DNA of 64,000 bases from Tubulanus polymorphus (Eukaryota; Animalia; Nemertea): positions 14,354,485-14,418,484 of the forward strand of contig NC_134027.1 of the NCBI RefSeq assembly GCF_964204645.1, given 5' to 3'. Position 1 is the first letter of the stretch; each line of letters starts with the position of its first letter. Below are positions 12,366-26,814 of the stretch, piece after piece. The position numbers and the translations under genes were made by a program. The notes under the pieces are model-generated. The model was given only the letters and a program-made list of their open reading frames with translations. It had not been told where the DNA came from and ran no database searches.

Positions 12366-12921
12366 AGGTAACAGGTAAAAATCCCCCCCCCCCCCCCAGT
12401 AAATATCCCCCCTAGGTAAAAATACCCCCATATTTGGTTTCACTAAAATTTTTCTACACTTTCAACAGCTCTTATGTTTAAATAAAAAAATAGATTAAAA
12501 ATTGTATTGCACTTTATTGCTTTATTTAACTCTAGTATAGTAATTCCTTCCATTTAATGCACAATACAACCGGTTACCAAACGTTTAATAAAGAATAATA
12601 ACTGTAGAGACAAGATACTTATTCTAGGGGTACGAGTCAGTTGATTGAATTCGGTCATTTAAACTAAATTGGCTAATTAGGAGTGGTCACTGTTGAAAAT
12701 GAATAATTATTACTTAAGAATTACCTAGTCAAGGAGCCAACCCGTTTTGATTAACAAGCTACGTGCATAAATATGACATTATGTGACTTAGCATATACGA
12801 CATTCAAGCTACACGCATCAAAAATGACACTACCATAATTTTGAAATTTTCTATAAAAACTATGGTTTAAAGTAAAAATAAAATATCTAATCTGGATTTT
12901 TACCAGGGGTGATTTTTACCT
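12366..12921. repeat. MITE-like element with subterminal GGTAAAAATCCCC repeats; right end probably cut by the Gypsy LTR
   Basis: GGTAAAAATCCC-like motifs at 12373-12430 and inverted GATTTTTACC motifs at 12894-12920. Confidence 0.5.
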
Positions 12922-13331
12922 TGTGGGATATCTAAAGCTCGTGGGACAATTCCTGCTGTTTAGTAATTATAGAATAATTAAAAGCTTTCTGTTCAAACCC
13001 GGAATTAGATAAGATAAATTTCTAGAATAAATGCACGGTACTCTCGGGGAAAAACGGAGAGGGAGAGCAACATTGGCGGCATCGACCGGAGCAGAGGCAG
13101 CGCACCAACCGGGGGTAAGGGTGATATGATATTGTCAGTTGTCATTTGTTTAAGTTTCATGCAATAGAACCCTTGCATCATTTTATCAACCTGAGTTTAG
13201 TCGTTGGTTAAGTTTGGTCTCTGGTTTCTATATCGCCGTGCAGGACAGGAGGGGAAGTGCATACGTCACGAACAAGAACAGCGGCGCTCTCCCACAGCAA
13301 TTTCGGGCTTCCCCCTCCCGGTCGCACGACA
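12922..13331 (+). repeat. Putative 5' LTR (left boundary uncertain)
   Basis: Ends ...CACGACA 4 nt before the PBS. TGT at 12922 abuts a truncated MITE end. No second LTR copy is in the window to confirm it. Confidence 0.5.
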
Positions 13332-13335
13332 GATT

Positions 13336-13353
13336 TGGTGCCGAAACCCGGGA
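13336..13353 (+). promoter_or_regulatory. Primer-binding site complementary to tRNA-Phe
   Basis: TGGTGCCGAAACCCGGGA is the reverse complement of the 3' 18 nt of animal tRNA-Phe. Confidence 0.9.
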
Positions 13354-14103
13354 CCAAATTTTTTCGTGTGTATACGGTCGTAATCTTGTAAAGTATTTGA
13401 TTTCGGGATGTACTTCATCCAGGTAGCTATTTGAAAAACTCAGTAGTTGTGTTAATTAATTAGCTTTTCGTTTTAAGAATATTAGGAATATTTTTGTCAA
13501 AGGAAAAGTATCGTGTTTAAGAGTGGTAACTGAAGTACTTGTATTAGTTGACATTTTATTTTTTTTTCACAGTTACTTAGGCTTGCTTTAGCGTTTCCGG
13601 TGGGATTCATCGCGTGGTTTGTTGAATCTGACAGTAACAGTGTCGTATGTACTGGGGTATTCAGTAAAGAGATATTGATAAGCATATTAGTTATCTGCGC
13701 TGTTATTTAAGTTGTACGAGGTCGTTTAAGCGTTAGTATAGAGTATAATGGATTATGAAGTTTTATATGTATGTGCTTGGAATAAAAACCATATTTTCAA
13801 AGTAGTGATAACAGTTTATTGCGATGATATAATGGTATCAATTATGAGGTTATAAAGGGTAAAATGTTCGGTATTTCAGTGGATTAACGATAAAGGATAT
13901 TTTTTTTTTCTTCACAAAATGAAATGAAGTATGGTAGGAAACGATTTTAGTATAGTTGTAGTTGTAGTATGATTAGCATTTTGTTTCAGGTTATTTTAGT
14001 CAGTAAGTTGAATTAAGAAAAAATTACGGGTTATAATTTTGACTAATATAGTGGTAGATTATTACGTACGTATAGGACACTTAGAAGTAGGACATTGAAT
14101 ATA

Positions 14104-14415
14104 ATGGATCCTGAGGAAGAAATTGCAGACACTAGTCAAAGGGTGGAACCCACAGAGAAGGATCTTCTCTTTTTAATTGCGCAAAGGTTAGGAAACTCCA
14201 CTAGTCTCGGTGATATTCTAGCTATTTCGAAGTTTTCAGGAAGACGGAACGGAGTAGATTTCTCTACGTGGATTCGGACGTATGAGAACACTGCCGACGC
14301 TAGAGGTTGGTCAGACGAGCAAAAGAAACCGTTTATTTTTCAGTATCTGGAAGGGCCTGCTCGTCGGTTCTTTGATGATTTATTAATTTCTCAAGGTACG
14401 AAATTTCCCAGATAG
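14104..14415 (+). pseudogene. gag: Gypsy gag remnant (internally deleted)
   Basis: ISKFSG...DFSTWIRTYENTADARGWSDEQK...YLEGPARRFF capsid-like N-terminal motif; most of gag is missing before the protease. Confidence 0.75.
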
Positions 14416-14524
14416 TTGAGTCAAAAATGACCCACAGGAAGTTCAAACTGCTGTAGAAAACTGTCAATCACTGATATGTCATGAAACAGGCTCTAACTCA
14501 TATGTACCGCCGATTCTTGCTTCA

Positions 14525-16974
14525 GTGGCCAATCGGGTCTCAGGATCGCATCAGGGAAATTCGATTTCAGTTCTCGTAGATACAGGTGCAGAAATAAGTG
14601 TCATAAATGAAGATTACCTAGATAAAACACCGACGATAACCGAAGGTCCAATTGAAAAAGGTCAATTTCAAGAGGCAAGATCTGTAGACGGAAAATTATT
14701 TAGTTTAAAGGGTATTGTTTAGGTCAATTTTTTTCTAGGGGATTGTGATGTTCACCATTCGATGTATGTAGTGCCTGGAATTGATAGCCATGTGATCTTT
14801 GCTTTAGTGGAAAATAATCAAAAAGAAGATGCATTATTTGAGCCTTCGTGTCAGTTCAAAAACGAAGGAGTAATAGGTACAAGTGTAATGGTCTCAGTGT
14901 CGTCCGTCGGCATTCCAGCTATTCTAGGGAATTTTTCGTCCAAGATGGTAGCAATTCATGAGAATACTTGTTTAGGTCACCTATGGCTGAAACATTGGAA
15001 GCCTGAAGCACCGTCGTACCGGCAGAGAAAGGAATATCATCAAATCAGACCACCTGAAGGTTTGTCATCGACAGTTTGTGGCCTTTCAACTCTAAACAAT
15101 GCTTCATTTGAAACACCACAGATAAGGGAAACTGAAAACGGAGAACGGTTGCAAAGCACACATAATAATGAATCATCTGGTAAGGACCATATGAACAATT
15201 CAAAACTTGAATCTTTTAATTCAAAAATACCTTCTTATCTAGACGCCAATAGTCGTCAAGAACTGTTACATTTGTCGGAAACCCATTCTGAGGTTTTTGC
15301 TACTTCAATTGACGAGTTAGGAGTTACTGATCTAGTAAAGCACGGCATTGACACAGGAGATTCTAAACCTGTGAGGAAGAGGCCCTATAGGACTTCCCCT
15401 AATTTGAGAGGGGTGAATGATGATGAAATAGAAAAAATGATGAAACTAGGGGTGGTGAAACACTCGAACAGTCCGTGGTCAAGTCCCGTTGTATTGGTTC
15501 AAAAACCTTCAGTCAACGGGGAAATAAGATGGAGATTCTGTGTCGACTACAGTGGGTTGAATGCGGTAACTCGGATGGATGCACATCCATTGCCCAGAAT
15601 TGATGACATGCTCGATGAATTAGGGCAAAGTGGAGCCACGGTATTCAGCACGCTGGATATGCTGAGTGGGTACTGGCAAATACCCTTGGATGAAAACAGT
15701 GCTGAAAAAAACTGCTTGTGATGCCATTTGGGCTAACTAATGCCCCTGCAACATATCAAAGATTGATGTTTTCTTTATTGCGGGATTTTATTGGAAAATT
15801 TTTAGTCTATATTGATGATGTGATTATTTATTCTGCATCTTTAAGGAACATCTTCAACACCTCGGCCTGGTTTTTCAACCTGTTGCTGCGGCTAACTTAA
15901 AACTTAACTTTGGAAATGTATTTTTTGTCTTAAACAGGTTTTATTTTTAGGTCACGTCATCTCTGAAGATGGAGTGAAAACTAATCCACAAAAAATCGTG
16001 GTTGTAAGAGATTGGCCTGTCCCCAAGTCTGTACGGGATGTTCGTGCGTTTTTAGGGCTGTGTAACTATTATCGAAGATTTGTCAAAGAGTTTAGCTTGG
16101 TGGCGAGTCCGCTTACGAACTTGTTGAAAAAGAATGTGAAGTTTCTCTGGAATGCCGAGTGTCAATCCGCATTCGAGAGGCTTAAAGAAATTTTAATAAA
16201 TGCTCCAGTTTTAGGCTTTTCCCAATTCCAGGGAGAAGCATTTACTCTGTATACGGATGCAAGTAATGAAGGATTGGGTGCAGTTTTAGCTCAGGTACAA
16301 GATGGATTGGAAAGGGTAATTGCTTATGCTGGAAAGGGACTGAATAGAGCACAGAAAAATTATTCTACCACGGATAAAGAGTTGCTTGCGGTAGTTTTTG
16401 GCATCAAACATTATCTGCCTTATTTACGTAGGCGCCATTTCAAGGTTGTTACCGATCATAGTTGCTTACAATACTTAAGGACCATGTCTAACCCCTCCGG
16501 GAGACTGGCACGTTACTTACTTTTTCTTCAGGAATTTGATTTTTCTATTGTACACCGTCCTGGGAAGTTGCATGAAAATGCTGATTCGCTGTCCCGAAGG
16601 CGTTATGGTGAGCCACATGTAGATGTTTTGCAACAGGAAGGGAACATGAAAATTGAACAGTCGAAAGACGATGATATCAAAATTATTATAGCATTTTTGC
16701 GAGACGGTAATCTACCGAAAGATGAAAAGGTAGCCAGAAAAATAGTTCATGCAGCAGATTTTTACTTTGTAGATGAAGATGGGTTGTTATTTCATGTTGA
16801 TAAGGGGAATAGAAAAACAGATGGTAACCGGCTACGCCAGTTAGTTATTCCTATACAGATGCGATTCGAAATTTTGACAGCGGCTCATGATGACCCCTTG
16901 GCTGGACATCTAGGTATCAAGCGTACGTATAATCTGATACGAGAAAGGTATTATTGGCCTGGTTTATACAAAGA
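14525..16974 (+). pseudogene. pol: Gypsy pol 5' part: protease, RT, RNase H and start of integrase Zn-binding domain (frameshifted)
   Basis: LVDTGAEISVI; [43 protein letters not shown]; YTDAS...ELLAVVF...TDH; HDDPLAGHLG...YYWP. Confidence 0.95.
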
Positions 16975-17149
16975 CTAGCAAAATACCCGTCGTGAATAAT
17001 TGGTTTATCGTTATTCCTAAACACTAAAACTGACGGAAATTGAACATTTTGCCTACACTTGTATATAGAAATCTCCATTATAGTCGCTAATGAGATTCTT
17101 AAGAAATAATAGAATTGATAAGTGATAACATTAATTAATTATATACATA

Positions 17150-20100
17150 TTACAGCACTTCGGGATAAACCACATTTATAGTTTTTCTATCATTGGATGC
17201 CGTATGAAAGAACAAATGGGAGGAAGCACCAACTCTGGAAAAGGCTACGTACAACTGTCCGTGCGAGAAACATGGGGATTCTAGACTTATTCCAGTGTAC
17301 TTTAATGTTTGGCCCTGCGCCTTATTGATAGTCATGCCAAATGACAAAGAAATAGGGAATTGTAGCCTCCTGAATTGAAATGCATAGTCACTCGGTATAA
17401 GAGGTATTCTAGGTATGAGAACAGTATCTCCCGAAAACTCTCCAACGCTTATCGTTGCCTCAATTATGAATTTGTGAAGCTTTTTCACAATCAACCTCGT
17501 TCCATTACATAATCGAGGAGCATCGAGGTTTTTCAATAAGATGATGGGTGTCCCAATTTTAAGTTTTATTATATGAGGTGGCATTCCTGGTGGATGAAGT
17601 GAATTCAGGAATTCTGCCGGGAACTGAACCGTTTGGTCGATGTCACGAATAGTGTCAATAGATTTAAATGTATGAGTATCTCCTGGAATTCTATCAAGCA
17701 GAAACTGATTAATGTCACGTACAGCATCATTCCGAGGTGCGAGTATAGCACGTTCAGCTAGCCAGTTCGGTTTCTGGTAGTTCACAGGTAAGTCAGGAAA
17801 AACGTTATTGATCAATTGCTGAGGTTATAAAACGGCCGTACCAACTGATGGGGGTATTGTTATGTGTTGGTTAGAATCCAGAGGTAATTTTCCATCACCA
17901 ATCTTAAGTAAATTTTGAGAGAATGTAGCTGCATCCTGATCCCCTGATAGGTGAACACGCATATTGGTTTTTAAAGTAATTACTTCCACATATTGCCATA
18001 GGACCGAAGCTTTAAGTGACGCATTCACTTGATCTGCTCTTGTTCCACGGCGATCAATAGGCAATGTTTGCCTGAAGTCTCCAGCAAATAGAACTGTTAT
18101 ACCGCCCATTATTTCGGGGGATTGGCGCAAGTCGCGCAATGTTCTGTCCACAGCCTCGAATCCATTTTTATGAGACATAGTACATTCGTCCCAAACTATT
18201 AGGGATGTTTCTCTTAAGAGTGATGCTACACCAGAACCATTGGCAATGCTGCATGTTGGATAATCATCAGTTGCAAGGTTAAGCGGTAATTTAAATGTTG
18301 AATGTGCTGTCCTACCGCCTTTTAATAGAGTAGCAGTTATACCGGACGAAGCTACAGCTAGGGCAATTTTGCCACTGAGGCGTAGTTTTGCAAGTATAAG
18401 ATTAAGTAAGAATGTTTTGCCAGTGCCGCCTGGTGCATCCAGAAAAACCATACCACCAGATTGATGTTGTAATTCTAAGATTCTTCGATAACAGGCTAAT
18501 TGGTCAGGTGTCAAATTCTTAGATCGATCATTGACAATTTGTTCCAATTCTAACTCATCATAGCTGGTTTCCTGTAATAATTCTTTACACACAACAACAT
18601 CAGCAACTGTTTTTGGTAGACCATAATACTCCAAACTTTTGCCGCTTGGGAATGATAGTGATTTTGTCGCAATGTCCACTAAAGCCATGTTGTAAATTCT
18701 ATCTGAGTATGTCACTTCAACATGAACATTTTGTTTTTGGCATCTGTGTAAATAATCTTCTGACATGGCATTTTTGTGCTTATGCCACAATGAACGTAGA
18801 TCCGATAGTTCACACATATATAATAATAATGCAGAGAGATGTCGCACTTTCCGAGGCGATTCGCAGAGGATTGCTTCTTCAATTGTGGAATCCCATTGTT
18901 TATCATCTTCGAGTAAACCCAGTTCATTACATGTATGGAGAAGGAGTCTAAGATAGCACTCCGCATTGCGAGGGTTAATAGTGTAGACCCTACCGAGTGC
19001 AGCAGCAGCCTTAACTCCATTTACATCAGGAACAGGAATTCCTTTTACCCATTTTTCCAGTTTTTGTTTTTTCCGTCCCAAGTATAGTATTTAGGCACTT
19101 CATAGTAGATAAGAGTTCTAGCAAATTCATCCACTTGACATAGAGAAAAGAATGCTGTAAGTGTTGATTTTGGTGGACTTGCCGCTTTAATAGGGGCAGT
19201 TTCATTGGTGAAGTATACCCTCTGACCATTTTCTAAATGTACTTGCAGATGGTTTACTGGTGGGAATCTCTCATGTAATACGCTTCGTTGATGTTTATAT
19301 AGCGTCCCAATTGATATTTTCTAATCTCATTAATTGGCACTCCATCCTTCTGAACCTCGAAAACGGCCATGTCTGATCCCTTGCAAATATATTTGCAAAC
19401 GTATTTAATACTTTTTATCGAGGTGCATATTTCGACGTTGATATGAGCATTGAATGTCCGACACAGAAACTTATTATGGGGTACAACCCATCTATTATCT
19501 ATTGTTATTTCATTGCCCTGGATAGTGACTTGTGTCGAATTTCCTCCATGATCAGTTGACCTACGTATATACAAAGGGTATCCATCGTTGCCAGTTCGTG
19601 TTTCATGCATAAGTGGTTTTGGGTAATTTTTTGAACAACATCCGTTATGCATGCACGGAGAGTTCGAATTGATGAAACCACATGGAACATGAATAATATT
19701 TTTTGGTTATTATATCTAATAGTTCAGGGTCTTCCTGCCCAGGTAACTCTGCCGACACAAAACTGTCTATATCTACTGGTTGAATTCTGTTAATAAGCCA
19801 ACACAATATATGTGCATGAGGAAGGCCGCGTTTTTGCCATTCGACTGTATAGATGTAAGCACGGACATCACCGAATATTTTACGGTTTGTGATGAGGTCC
19901 ATAAGAGATTTCAGTTTAAGTTTGAAGACTCTAGCAATGATATCGTGGCGATCACTTGGAACCTGACCGGGCATCAGTTCCTGTTGGATCTCTGCCCATT
20001 TAGGGTTACAGGTAAAAGTTATAAATAAGTCAGGGTGACCATATGCCCTAACATAGCACATGGCATCTTGTGACCTCTCGTGCATATATCTTGGGCCACC

Positions 20101-20447
20101 TACAAACGATGATGGAAGAATAATCGCTTGGTCAATATTTTTAGCATTTGGATCTGTACTTAGTGCATCTTTCAAATGTATATACTGCTCGGCACGTAGC
20201 TCCTTTTGATGGTAGTGAAGGTAATTAAGTCTTTTGTTTCAGTTTTTGCGTACATATCTACCCAAAACTGTTGAGACAATGATTTGCAGCGTAATAAAAT
20301 GTTAAATGTATTGGCCCTTTGCATCATTCTGTAAGCATAGAACTCCAGAGCAGTAATTTTTTTATCATTTATGGATTCCCCAGTGACAGGGTTAAACCGC
20401 GGCACATGGAAATGGTATCCATCATCTCCATGGGGGAAGAGCAGAGG
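17150..20447 (-). pseudogene. Helitron RepHel, 3' part (HUH Rep and Pif1-like helicase), frameshifted
   Basis: PDLFITFTCNPKW, VEWQKRGLPHAHIL, YVCKYICKGSD, DAPGGTGKT, WDE, GDFRQTLP, TINKAQGQT, HGQLYVAFSRV. Confidence 0.95.
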
Positions 20448-20494
20448 TGTGTGGAGACCACGAATTGATATTGTATTATACCTATAGAATACCT

Positions 20495-23400
20495 GGGTCA
20501 TTCTCCGCTAAATGTGAAAACTTGTAGTTAGTACTTCACAATATTTTTGTTTCAGAGTTTCATGAACAAATACTATTTTTTGTAATTTAAGATAAAACTC
20601 TCCCACTAACATTGCTCAGCAGTGCTGAATGACCTTTAACTGACCTCTATGACGTCACTATAACAGATGGCGTCACGACCCTATTCATCTCCGTCACGGT
20701 TATCCATAATTGAATAAATATTGCCTATAATCCATTCCTCGAGAACTATCCATATAATAAGATTACTTCATTAGAGTAATTTAAGAACACAATATTTCAG
20801 ATGTAATCCAAATATTATATCGATTTTCATAAGTGGAGTATTTTGGGGCCAAAGTTAAGGAGTATGGTAATTTATAGTAAGCAACCGTTTTAAGCATATT
20901 GTAGAGTTATTTTCACATGTCTATTAACAAAAAATTAAATCATGCCATTGTCACTGAAATACGTTTATTTCATTCTATTTTGTCATGCAATTTCTGTTTA
21001 CATAAGTATTTCCATTACTTGAGAAAATCTATTTTTGTTCATCGTAACGGAGATGAATTTACGTGACGGAGATGAACATTCCAAGATCTCTCTGTGACGG
21101 AGATGAAAAAAGTGAGAATCAGACGAAATTAAGTGTTAAAAACGAGAAATATATTCGTTAAAGGTTTTGTTAACATTAAAAATTCTAAACTTTAAACATT
21201 CTCTAACGGAACTGACAATAAAAGAATAACACGATCTACCGTATTAAATGCAAATTCTCAGACAATTCTATGACACAATATTCTATACTAATTCAGCTTT
21301 ATCACAAATCTTAACCCAGATTTCTTTGTCGACCTCAACGTGTCTACTTGTGACATGTTTAGGTTCATTTATCAAGCTTATTAAATCATCGTAATCATAC
21401 CAAATAACATCGTCCCTAAGAGGCCAAAAATATCGGTTAGGACCAATTTTTGACATAGACTTTACTTCTACGCAGTCATCGTCAACATCTTGAATTATTC
21501 CAGGATAAAGGGTTCCATCGTATCGGACTACACACCACTTCCCGATAACGTTCTCGTCAGCAAAACCGGAATTATACATGAAGACGGATCGGTCTCGTCA
21601 GAGATGGAAGACCCACTTTCATCCACAGTGGATCCATTGTCAACAGCACAATTTTCAGTAGCTTGCAAGCCTGATCCTGTCGATCCTGAAAGATATTCGA
21701 AAAATTTAACCCTATCAGGATTTTCTCTACTAGTATAGAAATGGCCCTTCAAAGTTGATACCTTGTTTATCACCCAAACGTCATTTCTAAACATGACATG
21801 GGCGGACAAATCTTTTGTTTATGAGTACATTGTATTTTAAAAATAAAAAAGTGGAAATAAACTCGTGTTTCCATATTTTCCAAGGATACGTGGGCGGTGT
21901 TTTTTCTTTTCAAATACAAAAAGTATTCCTTGTATAATACTTATACTGAGACAAGCACCATGGGAGTTTTTCTTTTCAGAGACAAGATCCATAGAAGGTC
22001 AAGTGGACAAGACATAAGAACACAACTTACTGAAGATCTCTTCTACTCAAAAATTTTGACATGCTCCAGTACATCATAGAAAAATGAAAATGTTCAATAA
22101 ATACAGTACTATGACACAATTTACTTATACAAATTATCGCTAAAAACGACATGCATGAAAAAGACGACTGTACAACGCGTAATCACGCGCGCGTGAGGTT
22201 TTATTTTAAAAAGAAAGAGACGACCGTAAGCAATCTCATGCGGGTTTCGTACTTTATTATTTTCTTTCTATTTTGGCTATCGGGGGTGACGCGGGCGGCT
22301 TCGCGATTTGATGAGAAACAAGGTATCAACCAAATGCACACATACGTTTTATAGGCTTAGGAATGGAGTGTAATTATTGTTTGTGTATCATAAAATACTG
22401 AATCCAATACTTTTTGTGTACAGAATAGATAAAAATAAATGTTTGGTGTTTTGTGCCTCCACTGGATGTTGCATTGAACACTGAGAGAAAATGAGAGCTG
22501 AACGAATGCAAGCAAGATTGGGAGTCTGGTAATTTCTGTCTTTGAGACCGTATTGGCGACGATAACGTTTATTGCCTTTAAATATCAGTGTTGAGTACAA
22601 TGTACCATTATTTTCCGTCACACAGCATCATAATTTCAACCCTTGGCTCGAAAGAATTGTTCATTCTTAAATAAATTAGATCAAATATGGCTTTAAAATA
22701 ACTAGCCTACCTTGCGATGGTGTACTTTTCACTGGAACAAGGATGAGAAGCGAAGCCCGAAACATGAGCATTTCACCGGATTACTGCCCTGACAGAAACA
22801 GCTGACTTCTCTATGAAATAGTGTACCCGGTTCGTCACCAAATACTAACTAAAAAGAAACAATTGGAATTTACACTCCACTCGCAGCGCTTACATAATTC
22901 ACCCGTACGGTCTATGCAATTGAGTATCTGGAATTAAGGCTAAACAAAAATGATACCTTGTTTCTCCGCAGCGGCCGGGCCATTTTTGTTAAAATATAAT
23001 GAAATTAGTAATCAGATAATTTCTATAGCGGCCGGGTCTGTTATGGTAAAATTGATCATAATTTAAAAAAAATTAATGTACAGGGTAGATAGGCGGCCGG
23101 CCGGGTCAATTTTTAAGCTAAGCAGAACGGAGAAACAGGGTATCAATTTTTTAGCCTAATTACCATATTTCGAATGCATTTCAGCTAGGACACAAGAAAT
23201 GTGTCATTGATTACCTGATGAATTTTCATCGTGCCTTTAATAGTTGATAAGTTTTCTGGTATCATTGGATCAATTTTGTTGATATCATCTTGACTGACGA
23301 AGTACATCTTTACACCCTGGCCAGACGATAATGTTTCGTACAACGACTTTGCATCTGGAATATCTTTTCCATGTACAATAAGACCGTCTGCTGTTCTTGT

Positions 23401-26063
23401 TAATGTACCCCAGACCCCATCTGCCGCTCCTTTCCCGTGCCCGGCCTCCAGGAAATTCCAGCTAACGTTTTCAAAGCCATGGGTACGGGGAATGGCTGAA
23501 GCAAGGTAGAAATTATTTTTACTTCTATATTGTGTTGTTGGTCCGTCCGTGACAAAGTGCAATGATTTGATTCGTGGGTCAGTCTGTTTCAATTCTTTCA
23601 ATACTGGTTTTAAGTGAGCCCATATGGCTGCCGGGTCATGGCGCGTAGACTCGGATACGCTACAGAATGCCTGGGTGCGTAGTCGAGTGTATACTATCCC
23701 TGTGTGGAGGGTGGCCTGCTTGTGCGAGCCGCCAAAATGTACACTTTGTATTTCGGTACCATATTTACAAGCGTAATTCTCAGAAAAGTCTACATGTATG
23801 ACAGCTTCCTCTTCGGATATAATTTGTTTTAACTTTCTGAGCGATTGATATTGGTGAGATATGTTGAACAGATGGGTTGAAAATCGCGGCTTTAACTCCG
23901 TTTCATACCTAGAATGAAAATCATACAGCTCTTCCACTTTGTCCGCTTTGGTGGTGACTTTCTTATTATTTTCATTGGTCTTCGTTACCCATTGTTCATA
24001 TGAAACCTTCTTCATTAGATCGAATTTACGATGGTCTAATGTAGGCAAGCGTTTGCCGACGCACTTTAGACAAGTGCCATACATGCATTCCTTTTGATTC
24101 TCGTCACAAACGAGTTGGTCAACGTGGTTTGTGGGCATGTTTGAGGGCAACGCTCCTTCTGCATCCAAGCTCTTGACCATTAAATCGATATTTGAGTGTC
24201 TTTTGCAGGCACAGGTTTCCCTCTCCCGTTGAGTGGGAATGACCACCCAAAACGGGCGCATCTTGCAAAATGCCGAGTAACTAAGAGTTTGGCCAGGATT
24301 TTCATACAGACATTTTTTATGTAGTATATAAATATGTTCAGACAGAACTCGTTTCTGCTTTCGGATCTTTCTTCTGGTGATGTAGTCTTTCTTACCCGGC
24401 ATCATCCTACTCACATCATCTCGTTCATAGAAATTTCTAATACGGGACCACATGTTTCCATTGGCCCGACTTTGCCTGACACTTTTACACTTTCTGGATT
24501 GGTTAATTGCGGTGGATTCTTTCAACAGTTTTTTCAGTTTATATTTCTTTATCAAACCATCGCTCGTTATTCTTTTAAACATGGCTCTGTCACTTTGTTT
24601 TCGGCTACTCTTATATTTTTCCCGAATTTCATGAACTATCGAAGTCTGGAAGAGTAGTTGCCGTTGACATGTTTTATCACCCTTTCGGATCTTTTTAAAA
24701 AGCTGTCTAGATTTTCCACGTGGGGTACCAGTTTGATCTTTCGCTTCGTTAGATTTAACGCGTAGTCTTGACCATCGCTTTTTATACCGGTCTTTCTGCT
24801 TTTTGGCTGCAGTTAATTTTGCATCTAAATCGGCAATCGTTCTATAGGCCTTTGCCCTATCTCTCCTAATTTTTCTCCTCCCGCGCACGGCTTGTACAGG
24901 CTCATTCGGTGTTGTTGGGGGTGTGAGGGGCTGACTTTCACGTCTTATTTTTTCATTATTCTTTAATTTCCGCCAGTGCCGGCGCGTGCGACGGATTTCT
25001 CGTTTTGAACGTTCGGCGATAGGCACATACGCCTCACGTTTTCTCTTTGATTCCTTTTCGAGGTATGCAGGATCGCTGTTCTTTTTCTTTTCTCTGTAGC
25101 GTTTTGCCCTTTCAGCATTGGTAAGAACCATGTTTCTGAGAAGATAAACAGTTGAAATATATCAGTAATAGTTTGACATTATTTTTACATGTTATCTCTT
25201 ATCAAAATAAATTAAATCATCCATGAAACCAAGCCGTTTCGTTTTTTTTTCATCTCCGTCACAAAACCTTTCATCTCCGTCACAAATACTAGACTACTGA
25301 AATGTGACGGAGATGAAAGGGATAACGTTTATTCAATATTGACACAATTATTGATCGTCGTCACGGGTGAACAATTAGAACAATGTGACCGCGTTTCTTT
25401 GCTATTCATCGTGTGCCGGTGACTTTCTCTACTGTCGATCACGTCTTTTCATATTACTACGTTCGGAGATGATGATGAATTAACATACGCGCCCGTCTCC
25501 AATGAAATATCATGATATATTGCTGTTATTCTTACCTTCAACGTCTAACCGTGGTCAGTATTTTTGAAAATGGCGCCGTATGGTACGTTCCACATGACCT
25601 TGTCGATTTTTTTGTTTTTCTTGCTTGCTTAGGGTCGCCTAAGATCCAGCGTGACGGAGATGAACGAAAATGAGGGACAGGTTTTTTTAAGGATTTTTTT
25701 TTCTAAAAAACGGCTCAAATCCTTTGGTAATGGGTAATGACTTTTCTCATTGTTTTTCTAAATCATTTATCTTAGGATGTAACCATAAAATATGAACTTC
25801 AAATATGTTGGTGTTTTTTAAATGAAGTTAATAAACTGGATCGGGTTCGTTGGGGACACGCTAAAATGGATGCCCATGGTTTTTTTAAATTGAGAAATAA
25901 ATTTTTATTTATAAATGAATGTCATAAAAAGTACATAAATTAAAAGCATATATCTAAATGATCATTCACAGCTGAAAAAAAAAATTAAAAATCCATTCAC
26001 AATTTTTATTCTAACGTTTAATGTCCAGGGACACGTGTTTTCACATTTAGCGGAGAATGACCC
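20495..26063 (-). mobile_element. Sola2-type DNA transposon, full-length
   Basis: Perfect 27-bp TIRs GGGTCATTCTCCGCTAAATGTGAAAAC, 4-bp TSD ACCT (20491-94 and 26064-67), GRG..CYC ends, and ~8 subterminal CATCTCCGTCAC motifs. Confidence 0.85.
21283..25131 (-). CDS. Sola2-type transposase (main exon 25131-~23215; further exons near 22730-22850 and 21283-~21730)
   Basis: 648-aa open frame with CAC.RH, HVDFSENY, FVTDGPTTQYRS and EAGHGKGAADG; C-terminal WCVVRYDGTLYPGII (Tudor/SH3-like). Exon limits are approximate. Confidence 0.8.
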
Positions 26064-26814
26064 ACCTATAGACCTACGTATTATAATCCAAGTCTTTACA
26101 GCACTTCGATGACCGCATTGTACTTGTCACGTGATTTCAGTAACAGCGGAAGCTTTTTCCCTTGCCTCGTTCATTTTACGTGCAAGTCGCGGGAGGAGCT
26201 GCTTGGTAAATTTTGTTATCCCGGAATCATAACGTGTCGTAAGTTTTACCTTTAATTTATCATTATTCTGTGGTCTTCACATTCCGTTAATACGCATTTC
26301 CAGTAAGATATACAGCTAATTTCAGTTGTTGAATATCATTAGTTATTGAATATTTTTGTCATTTTTGCCGGGTTAAGTAATATACTTTTGCCGGCTAATT
26401 CCGTCGTATTTGTATGCGTTCTGGATAAAATACGTTTCCAGCGGTGTGTACAAATCGTTCGTTCATACTAAACATTTTCAATTGAATGTCCATATTCTGG
26501 CCAGTGATATGTCACTCGGTCGTTATTTAGTCATATTTATCAGCTAGCCTACCACTGATATCGGTTTCGGAGAACTTCCATTTCCGGTTAAGTTTTTTCG
26601 TAGGCCATTTCGGAGCACTTTAGCTCCAACTTATTAGTGTATTTGGTATTTACAGAAACCGTGAAGTGAATAATTGCGAATATTGTCGTCTGGTCGTCTC
26701 CAGTCGTGGAGAACTGAATCGAAATCCGCAATAAAAGTGTATTGAAACTGAAATAAATATATTTGTACCAAGAAAGAACTTGTCACTCGCGTCATCGGGA
26801 TATCAGCCGTTACA

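Larger units (their letters stand above)
20448..26814. mobile_element. Solo LTR (~0.8 kb net) inserted in RepHel and itself interrupted by Sola2
   Basis: TGT...TTACA ends with 5-bp TSD AGAGG (20443-47 and 26815-19). Removal restores codons Q-Y-P-L-L-F-P. Confidence 0.8.
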
